Shown one piece after another: positions 18,230-27,326 of a stretch of DNA of 64,000 bases; position 1 is the stretch's first letter; every line of letters begins with the position of its first letter. Source of the DNA: Firmicutes bacterium UBA5509 (lineage in GTDB: Bacteria; Bacillota; Proteinivoracia; UBA4975); NCBI GenBank assembly GCA_002423965.1, contig DIOR01000023.1, forward strand, positions 90,997 through 154,996, read 5' to 3'. Made by a program: the position numbers and the translations under genes. The notes below the pieces were generated by a model. It did not search any database and had not been told where the DNA came from. It saw nothing but the letters and a program-made list of their open reading frames with translations.

Positions 18230-18946
18230 ATGCAAGTAGAATATAAACGGGTGGTCCTGAAACTTAGCGGTGAGGCCCTAGCAGGCTCTAAAGGGAATGG
18301 TATAGATAGCCAGGTCCTACACGCTGTGGGAGTGCAGATTAAAACCCTTATCGACATGGGTGTCCAGGTAGCTTGCGTTGTTGGCGGTGGCAACATTTGG
18401 CGTGGGGCTGTTGCTAGTTCCCAGGGAATGGACAGGGCTACTGCTGACTATATGGGAATGCTGGCTACTGTGATCAATGGCTTGGCCCTTCAAGATACTT
18501 TAGAATCTCTTGGAGTGATTACCCGCACCCAGACTGCTATTGAGATGAGACAGGTTGCTGAACCGTATATCCGGAGGAAGGCGATTCGCCACTTGGAAAA
18601 GGGCAGGGTGGTTATATTTGCCGCGGGCATTGGAAATCCCTACTTTTCTACCGACACCGCCGCTGCACTCCGGGCGGCAGAAATTGAAGCAGATGTCATC
18701 TTAATGGCCAAGAACAATGTAGATGCCGTTTTTGACCGTGATCCCCGCCGAGAGCCAAATGCAAAGAAATTTAGCGAATTAACTCATCGCCAGGTTCTAA
18801 ACTTGGGATTGGGTGTAATGGATGCCACGGCCGCTTCCCTTTGTATGGACAACAATATCACTATTATCGTTTTTTCTATGGCTGAGGATAGCAATATTGT
18901 CAAGGTTGTCTGCGGAGAAAAAATTGGTACAGTAATAAGGGGGTAA
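18230..18946 (+). CDS. pyrH: UMP kinase
   Basis: [10 protein letters not shown]...GGGNIWRG...ATVINGLA motifs. Confidence 0.95.
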   Translation: MQVEYKRVVLKLSGEALAGSKGNGIDSQVLHAVGVQIKTLIDMGVQVACVVGGGNIWRGAVASSQGMDRATADYMGMLATVINGLALQDTLESLGVITRTQTAIEMRQVAEPYIRRKAIRHLEKGRVVIFAAGIGNPYFSTDTAAALRAAEIEADVILMAKNNVDAVFDRDPRREPNAKKFSELTHRQVLNLGLGVMDATAASLCMDNNITIIVFSMAEDSNIVKVVCGEKIGTVIRG

Positions 18947-18951
18947 GCAAG

Positions 18952-19509
18952 GTGTTTGATGAGATTCACGCTGATGCTAAAACCAGGATGGGAAAGGCAA
19001 TTGATGCTCTAAAAACTGAGTTTAACTCTGTAAGGGCCGGGCGGGCTAACCCCGCACTACTTGATCGCTTGACTGTGGAGTACTATGGCACTGTCACCCC
19101 AATTAAACAAATGGCCAATGTCAGTGCCCCCGATCCAAGAACCTTAGTTATTCAACCCTGGGACAAGACGGCAATCCCTGAAATCGAAAAAGCTCTTTTA
19201 AAATCCGGTTTGGGGCTGACACCAAATAGTGACGGGACATTAGTTAGACTATCTATTCCCCAGCTTACCCAGGAGCGAAGAATTGAGTTGGGCAAACTGG
19301 TCCGCAAGAAAACAGAGGAAGCAAAAGTCGCAATTCGCAACATTCGCAGGGATGCCAATGACTTAATCAAGGCCTTACAAAAGGACGGAGATATTTCCGA
19401 AGATGACGAAAGACGTCACCAGGAGGAAATCCAGAAGTTAACGGATCAGTATACTAAGCTCACTGATGACCAGCTTGCCATTAAGGAAGCAGAAATCATG
19501 GAAGTCTAA
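18952..19509 (+). CDS. frr: Ribosome recycling factor
   Basis: 185 aa RRF. GTG start after AAGGGGG. Confidence 0.95.
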   Translation: MFDEIHADAKTRMGKAIDALKTEFNSVRAGRANPALLDRLTVEYYGTVTPIKQMANVSAPDPRTLVIQPWDKTAIPEIEKALLKSGLGLTPNSDGTLVRLSIPQLTQERRIELGKLVRKKTEEAKVAIRNIRRDANDLIKALQKDGDISEDDERRHQEEIQKLTDQYTKLTDDQLAIKEAEIMEV

Positions 19510-19561
19510 CTGTTAAAACTGCGCCCCAGATGGGGCGCTTCGACTGAAATGAGGGGATGGT

Positions 19562-20311
19562 ATGTTCTTTCAGAGAAAGCGTATTGCCAAGGAGCAGAAG
19601 CGCTTAGACAGCGGCCCAGTGCCGGTGCATATAGGGATTATTATGGATGGCAACGGCCGCTGGGCGCAGAAGCAAGGTTTGCCCAGAAAGGCAGGACACT
19701 GGGCAGGAATGAATGCCATTAATCGCTGCATAGATGGCCTAAAAACCATTGATGTCAAGTATTTAACTCTCTTTGCCTTCTCTACGGAAAATTGGCGTCG
19801 CCCTAAAGCAGAAGTAGATTATCTCATGAACTTGCCCGCCCAGTTTGTCGCCAGGGAACTAGATAATTTAATTGCTAACAACATACGTCTTAGAATTATC
19901 GGGGATATGGATGGGTTGCCTGAACATACCCAAAAAGCTGTTGCCAATGGGATCAAGGCAACTACTGAAAATACTGGTTTGACTCTATCCTTTGCCATTA
20001 ACTATGGTGCCAGAGAAGAAATAATCAGGGCGGTGCGGCAGGTGGGGCTGGACTGTAAAAGGGGTCTTCTGGACCCAAAGGAAATTGACGGTCCTGCATT
20101 TGAACAATACTTGTACACAACAGGGATGCCAAACCCGGACTTGATTATTCGAACTAGTGGCGAAGTTAGGATAAGCAATTTTTTGCTTTGGCAAATTGCC
20201 TACTCGGAACTGTGTTTTATTGATACTCTTTGGCCAGATTTTAGTGAACAGGATCTCTACCGTACCATTGCCGATTTTCAGCAACGGCAACGCCGGTATG
20301 GCGGAATCTAA
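19562..20311 (+). CDS. uppS: Undecaprenyl diphosphate synthase (isoprenyl transferase)
   Basis: HIGIIMDGNGRWA...FSTENWRRP motifs. Confidence 0.9.
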   Translation: MFFQRKRIAKEQKRLDSGPVPVHIGIIMDGNGRWAQKQGLPRKAGHWAGMNAINRCIDGLKTIDVKYLTLFAFSTENWRRPKAEVDYLMNLPAQFVARELDNLIANNIRLRIIGDMDGLPEHTQKAVANGIKATTENTGLTLSFAINYGAREEIIRAVRQVGLDCKRGLLDPKEIDGPAFEQYLYTTGMPNPDLIIRTSGEVRISNFLLWQIAYSELCFIDTLWPDFSEQDLYRTIADFQQRQRRYGGI

Positions 20312-20329
20312 GGACTGGAGGCTTATATA

Positions 20330-21106
20330 ATGCGTGCACGATTTATCACAGCTGCAATTGGGATACCTATTGTCATCGCCGCCTTATACCTTGGTGGTCC
20401 AGTGTTTTTTGTGTTTATGGGCTTGTATTCCCTGGGGGCGATGTACGAATTCTGCCATATGCTTGGACTGTCAAATGGGTTAAGCACTGTGGTTGCCGGT
20501 GCTCTTGTAATTCCCTACTACCTAAATCTATATTTGCATTTCTTGCCTTGGGATGTCTATCTTTTACTCTATATAATAATTGCCGCCAGTATCTTTTTCG
20601 TGTTTAGCTATACCAAGTTAACTTTCCAACAATCCGCGGGCTTAATCTTCGGCGGTCTTTATATCCCGGTTCTTGCATCTACACTTGCCTTGGTCAGAGA
20701 AATGGACCAAGGAATGTTTTTGACCCTGGCGGTCTTTCTCGTCACTTGGGGAACAGACAGCGGCGCCTATTTTATCGGCATGCTCCTGGGAAAGAAAAAG
20801 CTCGCCCCAGCTGTTTCCCCAAACAAGTCTTGGGCTGGTGCCATTGGAGGTTTTATCACAGGTATCATCATCGCCACTGCTATTGGCATACTAATTAAGG
20901 GTAATGTGCTGATCTTCTTTTTATGGGGATGTGCCGCAGCTGTACTTGGTCAGGTGGGGGACCTCTGTGAATCTGCACTTAAGCGCCAAGCTGGGGTCAA
21001 GGATTCTGGCAATTTTTTTCCCGGCCACGGAGGTTTTCTTGACCGTATAGACAGTTTGCTGTTTGTTTCTGCCTTGGCCTATATATTTTTCGGGGTGCTA
21101 CTATGA
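20330..21106 (+). CDS. cdsA: Phosphatidate cytidylyltransferase
   Basis: Multi-pass membrane protein with the C-terminal CdsA signature (SALKRQAGVKDSGNFFPGHGGFLDRIDS). Confidence 0.9.
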   Translation: MRARFITAAIGIPIVIAALYLGGPVFFVFMGLYSLGAMYEFCHMLGLSNGLSTVVAGALVIPYYLNLYLHFLPWDVYLLLYIIIAASIFFVFSYTKLTFQQSAGLIFGGLYIPVLASTLALVREMDQGMFLTLAVFLVTWGTDSGAYFIGMLLGKKKLAPAVSPNKSWAGAIGGFITGIIIATAIGILIKGNVLIFFLWGCAAAVLGQVGDLCESALKRQAGVKDSGNFFPGHGGFLDRIDSLLFVSALAYIFFGVLL

Positions 21107-22263
21107 AAACCCTAGGTATTCTTGGCTCTACTGGCTCAATCGGCACTCAGACCATAGAGGTTCTGCAGCGGAATCCCGGTCAGTATAATGTACAGTTGCT
21201 GGGGGCAAAAAACAATTGGCGCCTCCTTGAACAGCAAATTAGGCTTTTCCGTCCCCCCTGGGCCGCCTTGGCCGATGAAGAGGCTGCCAGGGAATTGCAG
21301 TCCCGGGTCAAGGACCTGGATGTCCAGGTTTTAGTTGGGGAAAAGGCCCTTACAGACCTACTGGCTACCCAAGGCTTTGACATGGTAGTTGCTGGGATGG
21401 TTGGCCATGCAGGGTTGTTGCCGGTGGTATCTGCAATCCAAGGGGGGGCAGATATAGCCTTGGCCAACAAAGAGGTACTGGTAATGGCGGGCCATATAGT
21501 TACTGAATTATGTCGTCAAAAAGGTGTTAAGTTATTGCCCCTTGATAGTGAACACTCTGCGATTTTTCAGTGCCTACAGGGGCAAAGGGCCAAAGATGTC
21601 AATAAGCTCATCCTTACAGCCTCCGGTGGCCCTTTCTTAGGAAAGACCAGAGGGGAATTGGAAAATATCACCCCTGCCCAAGCTGTGAAACATCCTAACT
21701 GGCTAATGGGAGCCAAAATATCTGTTGATTCAGCTACCCTAATGAATAAGGGGTTAGAAATAATAGAAGCCAGTTGGCTCTTTGGCATCAATCCTAAAAA
21801 TATTGATGTCCTGGTTCATCCCCAGAGTATGATTCATTCTATGGTTGAGTTTACCGACGGAGCCGTCTTGGGGCAGCTTGGCATTCCCTCAATGGAAGTG
21901 CCCATCCAACTCGCCCTGTCGTACCCTGCTCGCTGGCCAAGTCCTGATAACTATTTTATTAATTGGCGGGACTTCCCTAATTTGACTTTTTCCCAGCCGG
22001 ATACCGAGGCTTTTCCGTGTTTGGATTTGGCTAGAGCTGCAATTAGCCGGGGAGGTAATGCTCCCGCAGTCCTTAGCACTGTCAATGATATATGTGTGGA
22101 ATATTTTCTTACCGGCAAGCTCAGTTTCAACGGAATCCCTAAGGTAATAGAGCATATGTTGGCTGAGGCTTCTTGGCTGGAAAATCCCAATCTCTCTCAA
22201 ATTATTGAGACCATGGAAAGTACCATCCTGGGTACTAGAAATTACATCGAAAGTATGGAGTGA
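21103..22263 (+). CDS. dxr: 1-deoxy-D-xylulose 5-phosphate reductoisomerase
   Basis: LGSTGSIGTQT NADPH motif and overall Dxr architecture. Confidence 0.95.
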   Translation: MKTLGILGSTGSIGTQTIEVLQRNPGQYNVQLLGAKNNWRLLEQQIRLFRPPWAALADEEAARELQSRVKDLDVQVLVGEKALTDLLATQGFDMVVAGMVGHAGLLPVVSAIQGGADIALANKEVLVMAGHIVTELCRQKGVKLLPLDSEHSAIFQCLQGQRAKDVNKLILTASGGPFLGKTRGELENITPAQAVKHPNWLMGAKISVDSATLMNKGLEIIEASWLFGINPKNIDVLVHPQSMIHSMVEFTDGAVLGQLGIPSMEVPIQLALSYPARWPSPDNYFINWRDFPNLTFSQPDTEAFPCLDLARAAISRGGNAPAVLSTVNDICVEYFLTGKLSFNGIPKVIEHMLAEASWLENPNLSQIIETMESTILGTRNYIESME

Positions 22264-22267
22264 TAGC

Positions 22268-23278
22268 ATGCCGATTTTGATAGCAGTTCTAGTTTTTAGT
22301 GTTGTCATCATTGTTCACGAACTGGGCCACTATCTTGTCGCCAAGGCAGTAGGAATTGCTGTTGAGGAGTTTTCCATTGGTTTTGGACCTAAACTCCTTA
22401 GTCTGGGCAAGAATACTAAGTTATCTATCCGCCTGATTCCCATGGGCGGGTTTGTGCGCATGTTGGGTGAGGAGGATGGCAGCGGCGGAGATAATCCTGC
22501 CAGCTACGCCAACAAGACCCCTTGGCAACGTATGGGGGTCATTGGCGCTGGTCCGATAATGAACTTTGTCCTGGCCATGGTTATCTTCATCATCTTATAC
22601 GCTTCCTTAGGTGCCACAGTAGACAATGTTGCAATAATTGGCGGTATTATCCCCGACTCCCCAGCAGAACAGGCTGGGCTACAGCCAGGAGACGAGGTAC
22701 TGTCTATTGATTCTAAAGCCACTAAGAAGTGGACAGATATTCAAGAAATAGTAAGGGCCAGTGAGAATGAGGCGCTGACATTTACCCTTAGGCGAGGGGA
22801 ACAAACTCATGTAGTTGAAGTGCTGCCTCGGATGGGTGAAACTGCTCCCGAAGTTGGAATTTCACCTCGGCTTAAACGCCTGACCGTTGGTGCCACTATT
22901 ATTCAGGGGATAAAGGAAACCTGGAACATGACAGCAGCCGTATTTACCAGTCTGGTGGGGATAATAACCCGCAAGATTCCTGTAGGGGATTTAACCGGTC
23001 CTATTGGTATTGTTCACTACGTGGGGGAGGCTGCACGGACAGGAATCCTAAATGTCTTAAGCTTAACAGCTCTTATCAGCGTCAATTTGGGGTTATTTAA
23101 TCTATTGCCTATTCCTGCCCTTGACGGCAGCAAGATTATTTTATTGGGAGTGGAATTAGTCCGCAAGAAGCCGTTAGATCCAGAGAAGGAAGGGCTTATT
23201 CACCTGGTAGGCTTTGCTCTGCTTATTATTCTGATGCTGGTAATTATGTATAAAGATATCGTTCGCTTTTTACTGTAG
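22268..23278 (+). CDS. rseP: RIP zinc metalloprotease RseP (site-2 protease, single PDZ)
   Basis: HELGHY motif in the first transmembrane segment, a PDZ domain, and a C-terminal LDG motif. GGAGTG lies 6 nt upstream of ATG 22268. Confidence 0.9.
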   Translation: MPILIAVLVFSVVIIVHELGHYLVAKAVGIAVEEFSIGFGPKLLSLGKNTKLSIRLIPMGGFVRMLGEEDGSGGDNPASYANKTPWQRMGVIGAGPIMNFVLAMVIFIILYASLGATVDNVAIIGGIIPDSPAEQAGLQPGDEVLSIDSKATKKWTDIQEIVRASENEALTFTLRRGEQTHVVEVLPRMGETAPEVGISPRLKRLTVGATIIQGIKETWNMTAAVFTSLVGIITRKIPVGDLTGPIGIVHYVGEAARTGILNVLSLTALISVNLGLFNLLPIPALDGSKIILLGVELVRKKPLDPEKEGLIHLVGFALLIILMLVIMYKDIVRFLL

Positions 23279-23285
23279 GTGCACC

Positions 23286-24344
23286 ATGGAAAGACGAAAA
23301 ACCAGAGTTGTTGATGTTGGCGGAGTTAAGATTGGCGGCAATCATCCCATAGTCATTCAATCTATGACTAATACCAGTTCCAGTGATGTTAAGAGCACTG
23401 TAGCGCAGATTAAAAGGCTTGTAGAAGCCGGTTGCCAGCTGGTGAGGGTTACTGTGCCCGACAAAGAAGCGGCCCAATGCCTTAAGCAAATCCGGGGGCT
23501 AAGTCCGGTTCCCTTAATTGCAGATATCCACTTTGATCCTCCCATGGCCTTAGCTGCTTTGGAAGCTGGCGCTGACAAGCTGAGGATCAATCCCGGCACT
23601 ATGGGAGAGAAGGCATTAAAGGATATTGCCTTGGCCGCTAGTAGTAAGAAAGTGCCAGTAAGGATTGGTGTAAACTCTGGCTCAATTCATCGCAAATACC
23701 GACATTTATCTAGGGTTGATGCCTTAGTGCAAAGCGCCCTCTATTATTGCCAGGCCATGGAAAGCATGGGTTGTACTGACTTGGTGGTATCCCTCAAGTC
23801 CTCCTCGGTTGAAGAGACTTTTTTGGCAACCGAGCAATTTGCCAGGGGCAACGATTATCCTATTCATCTGGGGGTTACCGAAGCAGGAACTCTTCAGTCC
23901 AGCACAATAAAATCTTCCATCGGCATTGGTTCTCTCCTTTTGCAGGGCATTGGCGATACCCTCCGGGTATCTGTTACTGGTCCACCGGAAACAGAAATCC
24001 CAATCGCCCTTGGAATTTTACGTGCTTTAAATCTCCGGAAGGGTGTGGATATTATCAGTTGTCCCACCTGCGGTCGCAGTGGTTATGACGTGGCCAAAGC
24101 TGCAAGGGAAGTAGATGAACATTTATCCGGGGTGGAAGTAGATTTGAGAATTGCCGTTATGGGTTGCGTAGTAAATGGTCCTGGTGAAGCAAAACATGCT
24201 GACTATGGCATTGCCTTTGGCCCAAAAGAAGGAGTTCTCTTTGAAAAGGGTATAGTTATTAATAAATTACCTAATGAAGAACTGCCCAAAGCCTTGATTC
24301 AACTTATTGACTTAGGATGTTACACTGAAAGATCCGAGGTGTAA
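23286..24344 (+). CDS. ispG: 4-hydroxy-3-methylbut-2-en-1-yl diphosphate synthase IspG (GcpE)
   Basis: TIM-barrel N-terminus and a C-terminal 4Fe-4S motif (CPTCGR...GCVVNGPGE). Confidence 0.95.
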   Translation: MERRKTRVVDVGGVKIGGNHPIVIQSMTNTSSSDVKSTVAQIKRLVEAGCQLVRVTVPDKEAAQCLKQIRGLSPVPLIADIHFDPPMALAALEAGADKLRINPGTMGEKALKDIALAASSKKVPVRIGVNSGSIHRKYRHLSRVDALVQSALYYCQAMESMGCTDLVVSLKSSSVEETFLATEQFARGNDYPIHLGVTEAGTLQSSTIKSSIGIGSLLLQGIGDTLRVSVTGPPETEIPIALGILRALNLRKGVDIISCPTCGRSGYDVAKAAREVDEHLSGVEVDLRIAVMGCVVNGPGEAKHADYGIAFGPKEGVLFEKGIVINKLPNEELPKALIQLIDLGCYTERSEV

Positions 24345-24346
24345 AC

Positions 24347-24976
24347 ATGAATGTTGCAGCGATAATCCCTGCTTATAATGAGGAAAATACCATTGCCGGT
24401 GTTGTCCAGGTTTTGCTTGCATCTCCCAGCATTCAACAGGTTATCGTAGTCAGTGACGGCTCCACCGACAATACTGCTGCTGTCGCTGAACAGATGGGGG
24501 CCCAAGTGGTGAGTTTATCCGATAACTTGGGAAAGGGCGGTGCAATGCTTGCAGGGGTCAAACATACCGACGCCGAGTACGTAATGTTTATTGATGCCGA
24601 CCTCATCGGACTTAAAGGGTACCATATTGATAGTATGCTCTCGCCAATCAAAAGCGGCGAAGTGGAGGCCACCTTGGGCGTGTTTAAAAAAGGGCGGGGG
24701 GCCACCGACTTGGCCCAAATAATCGCTCCTAGATTATCTGGTCAAAGGGTAATCAAGACATCCCTGTTGGAGTTAGTCAAGGGCATGGAAATCTCCAGGT
24801 TTGGCGTCGAGCTTGCTTTAAACCGCGTAGTAGAAGAACAAAACGTTAAGTGGATAACGGTTGAGTTGCCTGAACTCAGTCATGTTATGAAAGAAGAGAA
24901 ACTGGGTTTTTGGAAGGGTTTCTGGGCTAGGCTGAAGATGTATAAAGAATTACTCTCTTACCGGATAAAAAATTAA
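24347..24976 (+). CDS. Family-2 glycosyltransferase (small, 209 aa)
   Basis: AIIPAYNEE...VVSDGSTD...FIDADL (DxD) GT2 motifs. Confidence 0.75.
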   Translation: MNVAAIIPAYNEENTIAGVVQVLLASPSIQQVIVVSDGSTDNTAAVAEQMGAQVVSLSDNLGKGGAMLAGVKHTDAEYVMFIDADLIGLKGYHIDSMLSPIKSGEVEATLGVFKKGRGATDLAQIIAPRLSGQRVIKTSLLELVKGMEISRFGVELALNRVVEEQNVKWITVELPELSHVMKEEKLGFWKGFWARLKMYKELLSYRIKN

Positions 24977-24988
24977 CGGAGGGGTTGT

Positions 24989-25618
24989 ATGGTCATTGCC
25001 CTGCGGCTTGTTCTGGCGGTAATCTTTGGAAGCATCATTGGCCTAGAAAGAGAGCTGCACAACCATCCGGCGGGATTTCGCACTCATATCTTGGTGTGCA
25101 TTGGTTCTACCTTGTTTACTTTAGTATCTATTAGCTCCTTTGGCGGCGACGATTCCTCCCGAGTTGCCGCTCAAATCGTCAGCGGCATTGGCTTCTTAGG
25201 AGCGGGGACAATTTTGCGGGAGGGTGCCACTATCCGAGGCCTTACTACCGCTGCCAGCTTGTGGTCGGTGGCCGGGGTGGGTATGGCAATTGGTACTGGT
25301 TACTACTGGGGAGCCACACTGACTACCGCACTGATGGTAGTCGTCTTATTCTTCTTTTACAGTCTGGAAAAAAGGATCTGGCAAAGAACTAAGACAGTGG
25401 ATATTACAGTGGCAGATGTTCCTGGCCAGTTGGGAAAAGTGGCTTCTAAGCTGGGTGAGATGGGTGTATCCATCAAGTCAGTGGATATTTCCCCTGAGTC
25501 GTCAAAGCGGGTTGCTATCCAATTCATTCTACAGATGCCTGGAACCATGGAAATCCACCAGGTGGCAGGTTCACTGGCTCAATTGGAGGGGGTCAGCAAC
25601 ATTAAGACCCAGGATTGA
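24989..25618 (+). CDS. MgtC/SapB-family membrane protein with a C-terminal ACT-like domain
   Basis: LVLAVIFGSIIGLERE...GFRTHILV...GIGFLGAGTIL motifs. Confidence 0.8.
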   Translation: MVIALRLVLAVIFGSIIGLERELHNHPAGFRTHILVCIGSTLFTLVSISSFGGDDSSRVAAQIVSGIGFLGAGTILREGATIRGLTTAASLWSVAGVGMAIGTGYYWGATLTTALMVVVLFFFYSLEKRIWQRTKTVDITVADVPGQLGKVASKLGEMGVSIKSVDISPESSKRVAIQFILQMPGTMEIHQVAGSLAQLEGVSNIKTQD

Positions 25619-25674
25619 CTTAGGATACTCAGTTAGTTTAGGTATCTTTCAATGTAAGACAAGGAGTGTTTTTC

Positions 25675-26736
25675 ATGGATGTAGTAGAGTTTGTCGAGGC
25701 TATTGATCAGCTTTCCGCTGAAAAGGGAATCGAAAAAGAATTACTCTTAGAAGCTGTTGAGGCTGCTCTTGTATCTGCCTACAAAAAGAATTTTTCTTCA
25801 TTGCAAAATGTCAGGGTGGACCTTAATCGCAAAACTGGTGAGATCAAGGTGCTATCCCAAAAAGAAGTGGTGGAATCTGTTGACAATTCCTTAGAACAGA
25901 TATCTCTCCGGGATGCTTTAAAGATCAGTCCCGCATATACCTATGGAGATCTGGCAGAAATAGAGGTCACCCCTAAGAACTTTGGCCGCATTGCAGCTCA
26001 GGCTGCAAAACAGGTAGTCATTCAAAAGATTCGTGAGGCAGAGCGGGATAAGATCTATAAGGAATTTTCCAATAGGGAAAGTGAAATTGTCACTGGCATT
26101 GTACAAAATATCGAGCACGACAATGTCTTTGTGGACATTGGCAAGACTGAAGCAATTCTCCCTCCCTCAGAACAATTGGCCAACGATATTTATGATTCTC
26201 AGGCTCGCATGAAGTTTTTTGTCTTGGAAGTAAAAAACTCTCCCAAGGGTCCCCAGGTTTTTGTCTCCAGGACTCATCCCAGCTTAATTAAAAGGCTGTT
26301 TGAAGCCGAAGTGCCTGAGATCTTCGACGGCACTGTTGAAATCAAAGGGGTGTCTCGGGAAGCAGGTCAGCGCTCTAAGCTGGCTGTCTGGTCAGACAAT
26401 GCGGACGTTGATCCCGTGGGGGCCTGCGTGGGACCCAAAGGTATGCGGGTGCAAGCTGTTGTCAGCGAACTCAAGGGAGAAAAAATTGACATAGTGCGCT
26501 GGAGTCCGGAAGCCGAAGTCTTTGTTGCCAATGCATTGAGTCCAGCTCAAGTTACCAAAGTATTTGCTGACTCCGAAACCAGGATTGCTACAGTAATTGT
26601 CCCTGATAATCAACTATCCTTGGCCATTGGTAAAGAAGGTCAAAATGCCCGCCTGGCAGCTAAGTTGACTAGCTGGAAGATTGACATCAAGAGTGAAAGT
26701 CAGTATGAGGAAGGTGAACTTGGTGCAGAAAGTTAA
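25675..26736 (+). CDS. nusA: Transcription termination/antitermination factor NusA
   Basis: N-terminal domain, S1 and two KH domains. AAGGAG lies 8 nt before the ATG. Confidence 0.95.
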   Translation: MDVVEFVEAIDQLSAEKGIEKELLLEAVEAALVSAYKKNFSSLQNVRVDLNRKTGEIKVLSQKEVVESVDNSLEQISLRDALKISPAYTYGDLAEIEVTPKNFGRIAAQAAKQVVIQKIREAERDKIYKEFSNRESEIVTGIVQNIEHDNVFVDIGKTEAILPPSEQLANDIYDSQARMKFFVLEVKNSPKGPQVFVSRTHPSLIKRLFEAEVPEIFDGTVEIKGVSREAGQRSKLAVWSDNADVDPVGACVGPKGMRVQAVVSELKGEKIDIVRWSPEAEVFVANALSPAQVTKVFADSETRIATVIVPDNQLSLAIGKEGQNARLAAKLTSWKIDIKSESQYEEGELGAES

Positions 26737-26998
26737 AAAAGTCCCCTTGCGCCAATGTATTGCCTGCCGTACAAAAAAAACTAAGCGAGAAATGGTGCGA
26801 ATTGTCCGGGATCCCCAGGGAAAACTGCTCTTAGACTTGAAAGGGAAGTTACCTGGCAGAGGGGCGTACATCTGTGTCTCAGGCGATTGTTTGCGCAAAG
26901 CTACCATAGACCACCTCTTTGCACGCCACCTTGATGCAAAGCCCGAAGCTGAGTTGCTGACAGAACTGGAGAATTTGATTGGTGATAACCCGGATTAA
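26723..26998 (+). CDS. ylxR: YlxR/RnpM-family RNA-binding protein (DUF448)
   Basis: VPLRQCIACR...ELIRIV-like motif. GTG/TTG start overlapping the nusA end after AGGAAGGTG. Confidence 0.8.
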   Translation: MQKVKKVPLRQCIACRTKKTKREMVRIVRDPQGKLLLDLKGKLPGRGAYICVSGDCLRKATIDHLFARHLDAKPEAELLTELENLIGDNPD

Positions 26999-27326
26999 GA
27001 ACCTGTTGGGAATTGCTCAAAGGGGAGGCTTTATTATTTCCGGCAGCAATTTAATTCTCCGGGAGGTGGCCCGTGGAAAGAACAAAGGCCTTGTCCTTAT
27101 AGCTGCCGACGCACAGACACCCACAGGAGATGATTTAGTTGCTACCTGTCGGGGAAAAGGCCATAGGGTTATCACAATACCGGTAAGCAAGATCGAATTA
27201 GGACTGGCTATTGGTAAAAGCCAGCGCGGCTATGTTATGATACAAGACAAAGGAATAGCTAGGCGTATTATCGCTTTACTTGAAGAAATGGAGGAGAGCG
27301 CCCATGACGAAGATGAGAATTTATGA
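26979..27326 (+). CDS. ylxQ: L7Ae-family ribosomal-protein-like protein (YlxQ)
   Basis: LLGIAQRGGFIISG...LVLIAADA pattern, as in B. subtilis YlxQ. Confidence 0.75.
   Translation: MVITRIKNLLGIAQRGGFIISGSNLILREVARGKNKGLVLIAADAQTPTGDDLVATCRGKGHRVITIPVSKIELGLAIGKSQRGYVMIQDKGIARRIIALLEEMEESAHDEDENL

Noticed and set aside
19521-19545. GC-rich hairpin GCGCCCC-agat-GGGGCGC after frr.
   Set aside because: No U-tract follows (TTCGACTG), so it is not an intrinsic terminator by sequence. It could be an RNA processing or stability element but is unsupported.
27280-27303. Upstream ATG of infB ([12 protein letters not shown]...), as in the ORF track.
   Set aside because: The conserved IF-2 N-terminus begins at [17 protein letters not shown] sits 7 nt before ATG 27304, and the upstream ATG lacks an RBS and overlaps ylxQ.
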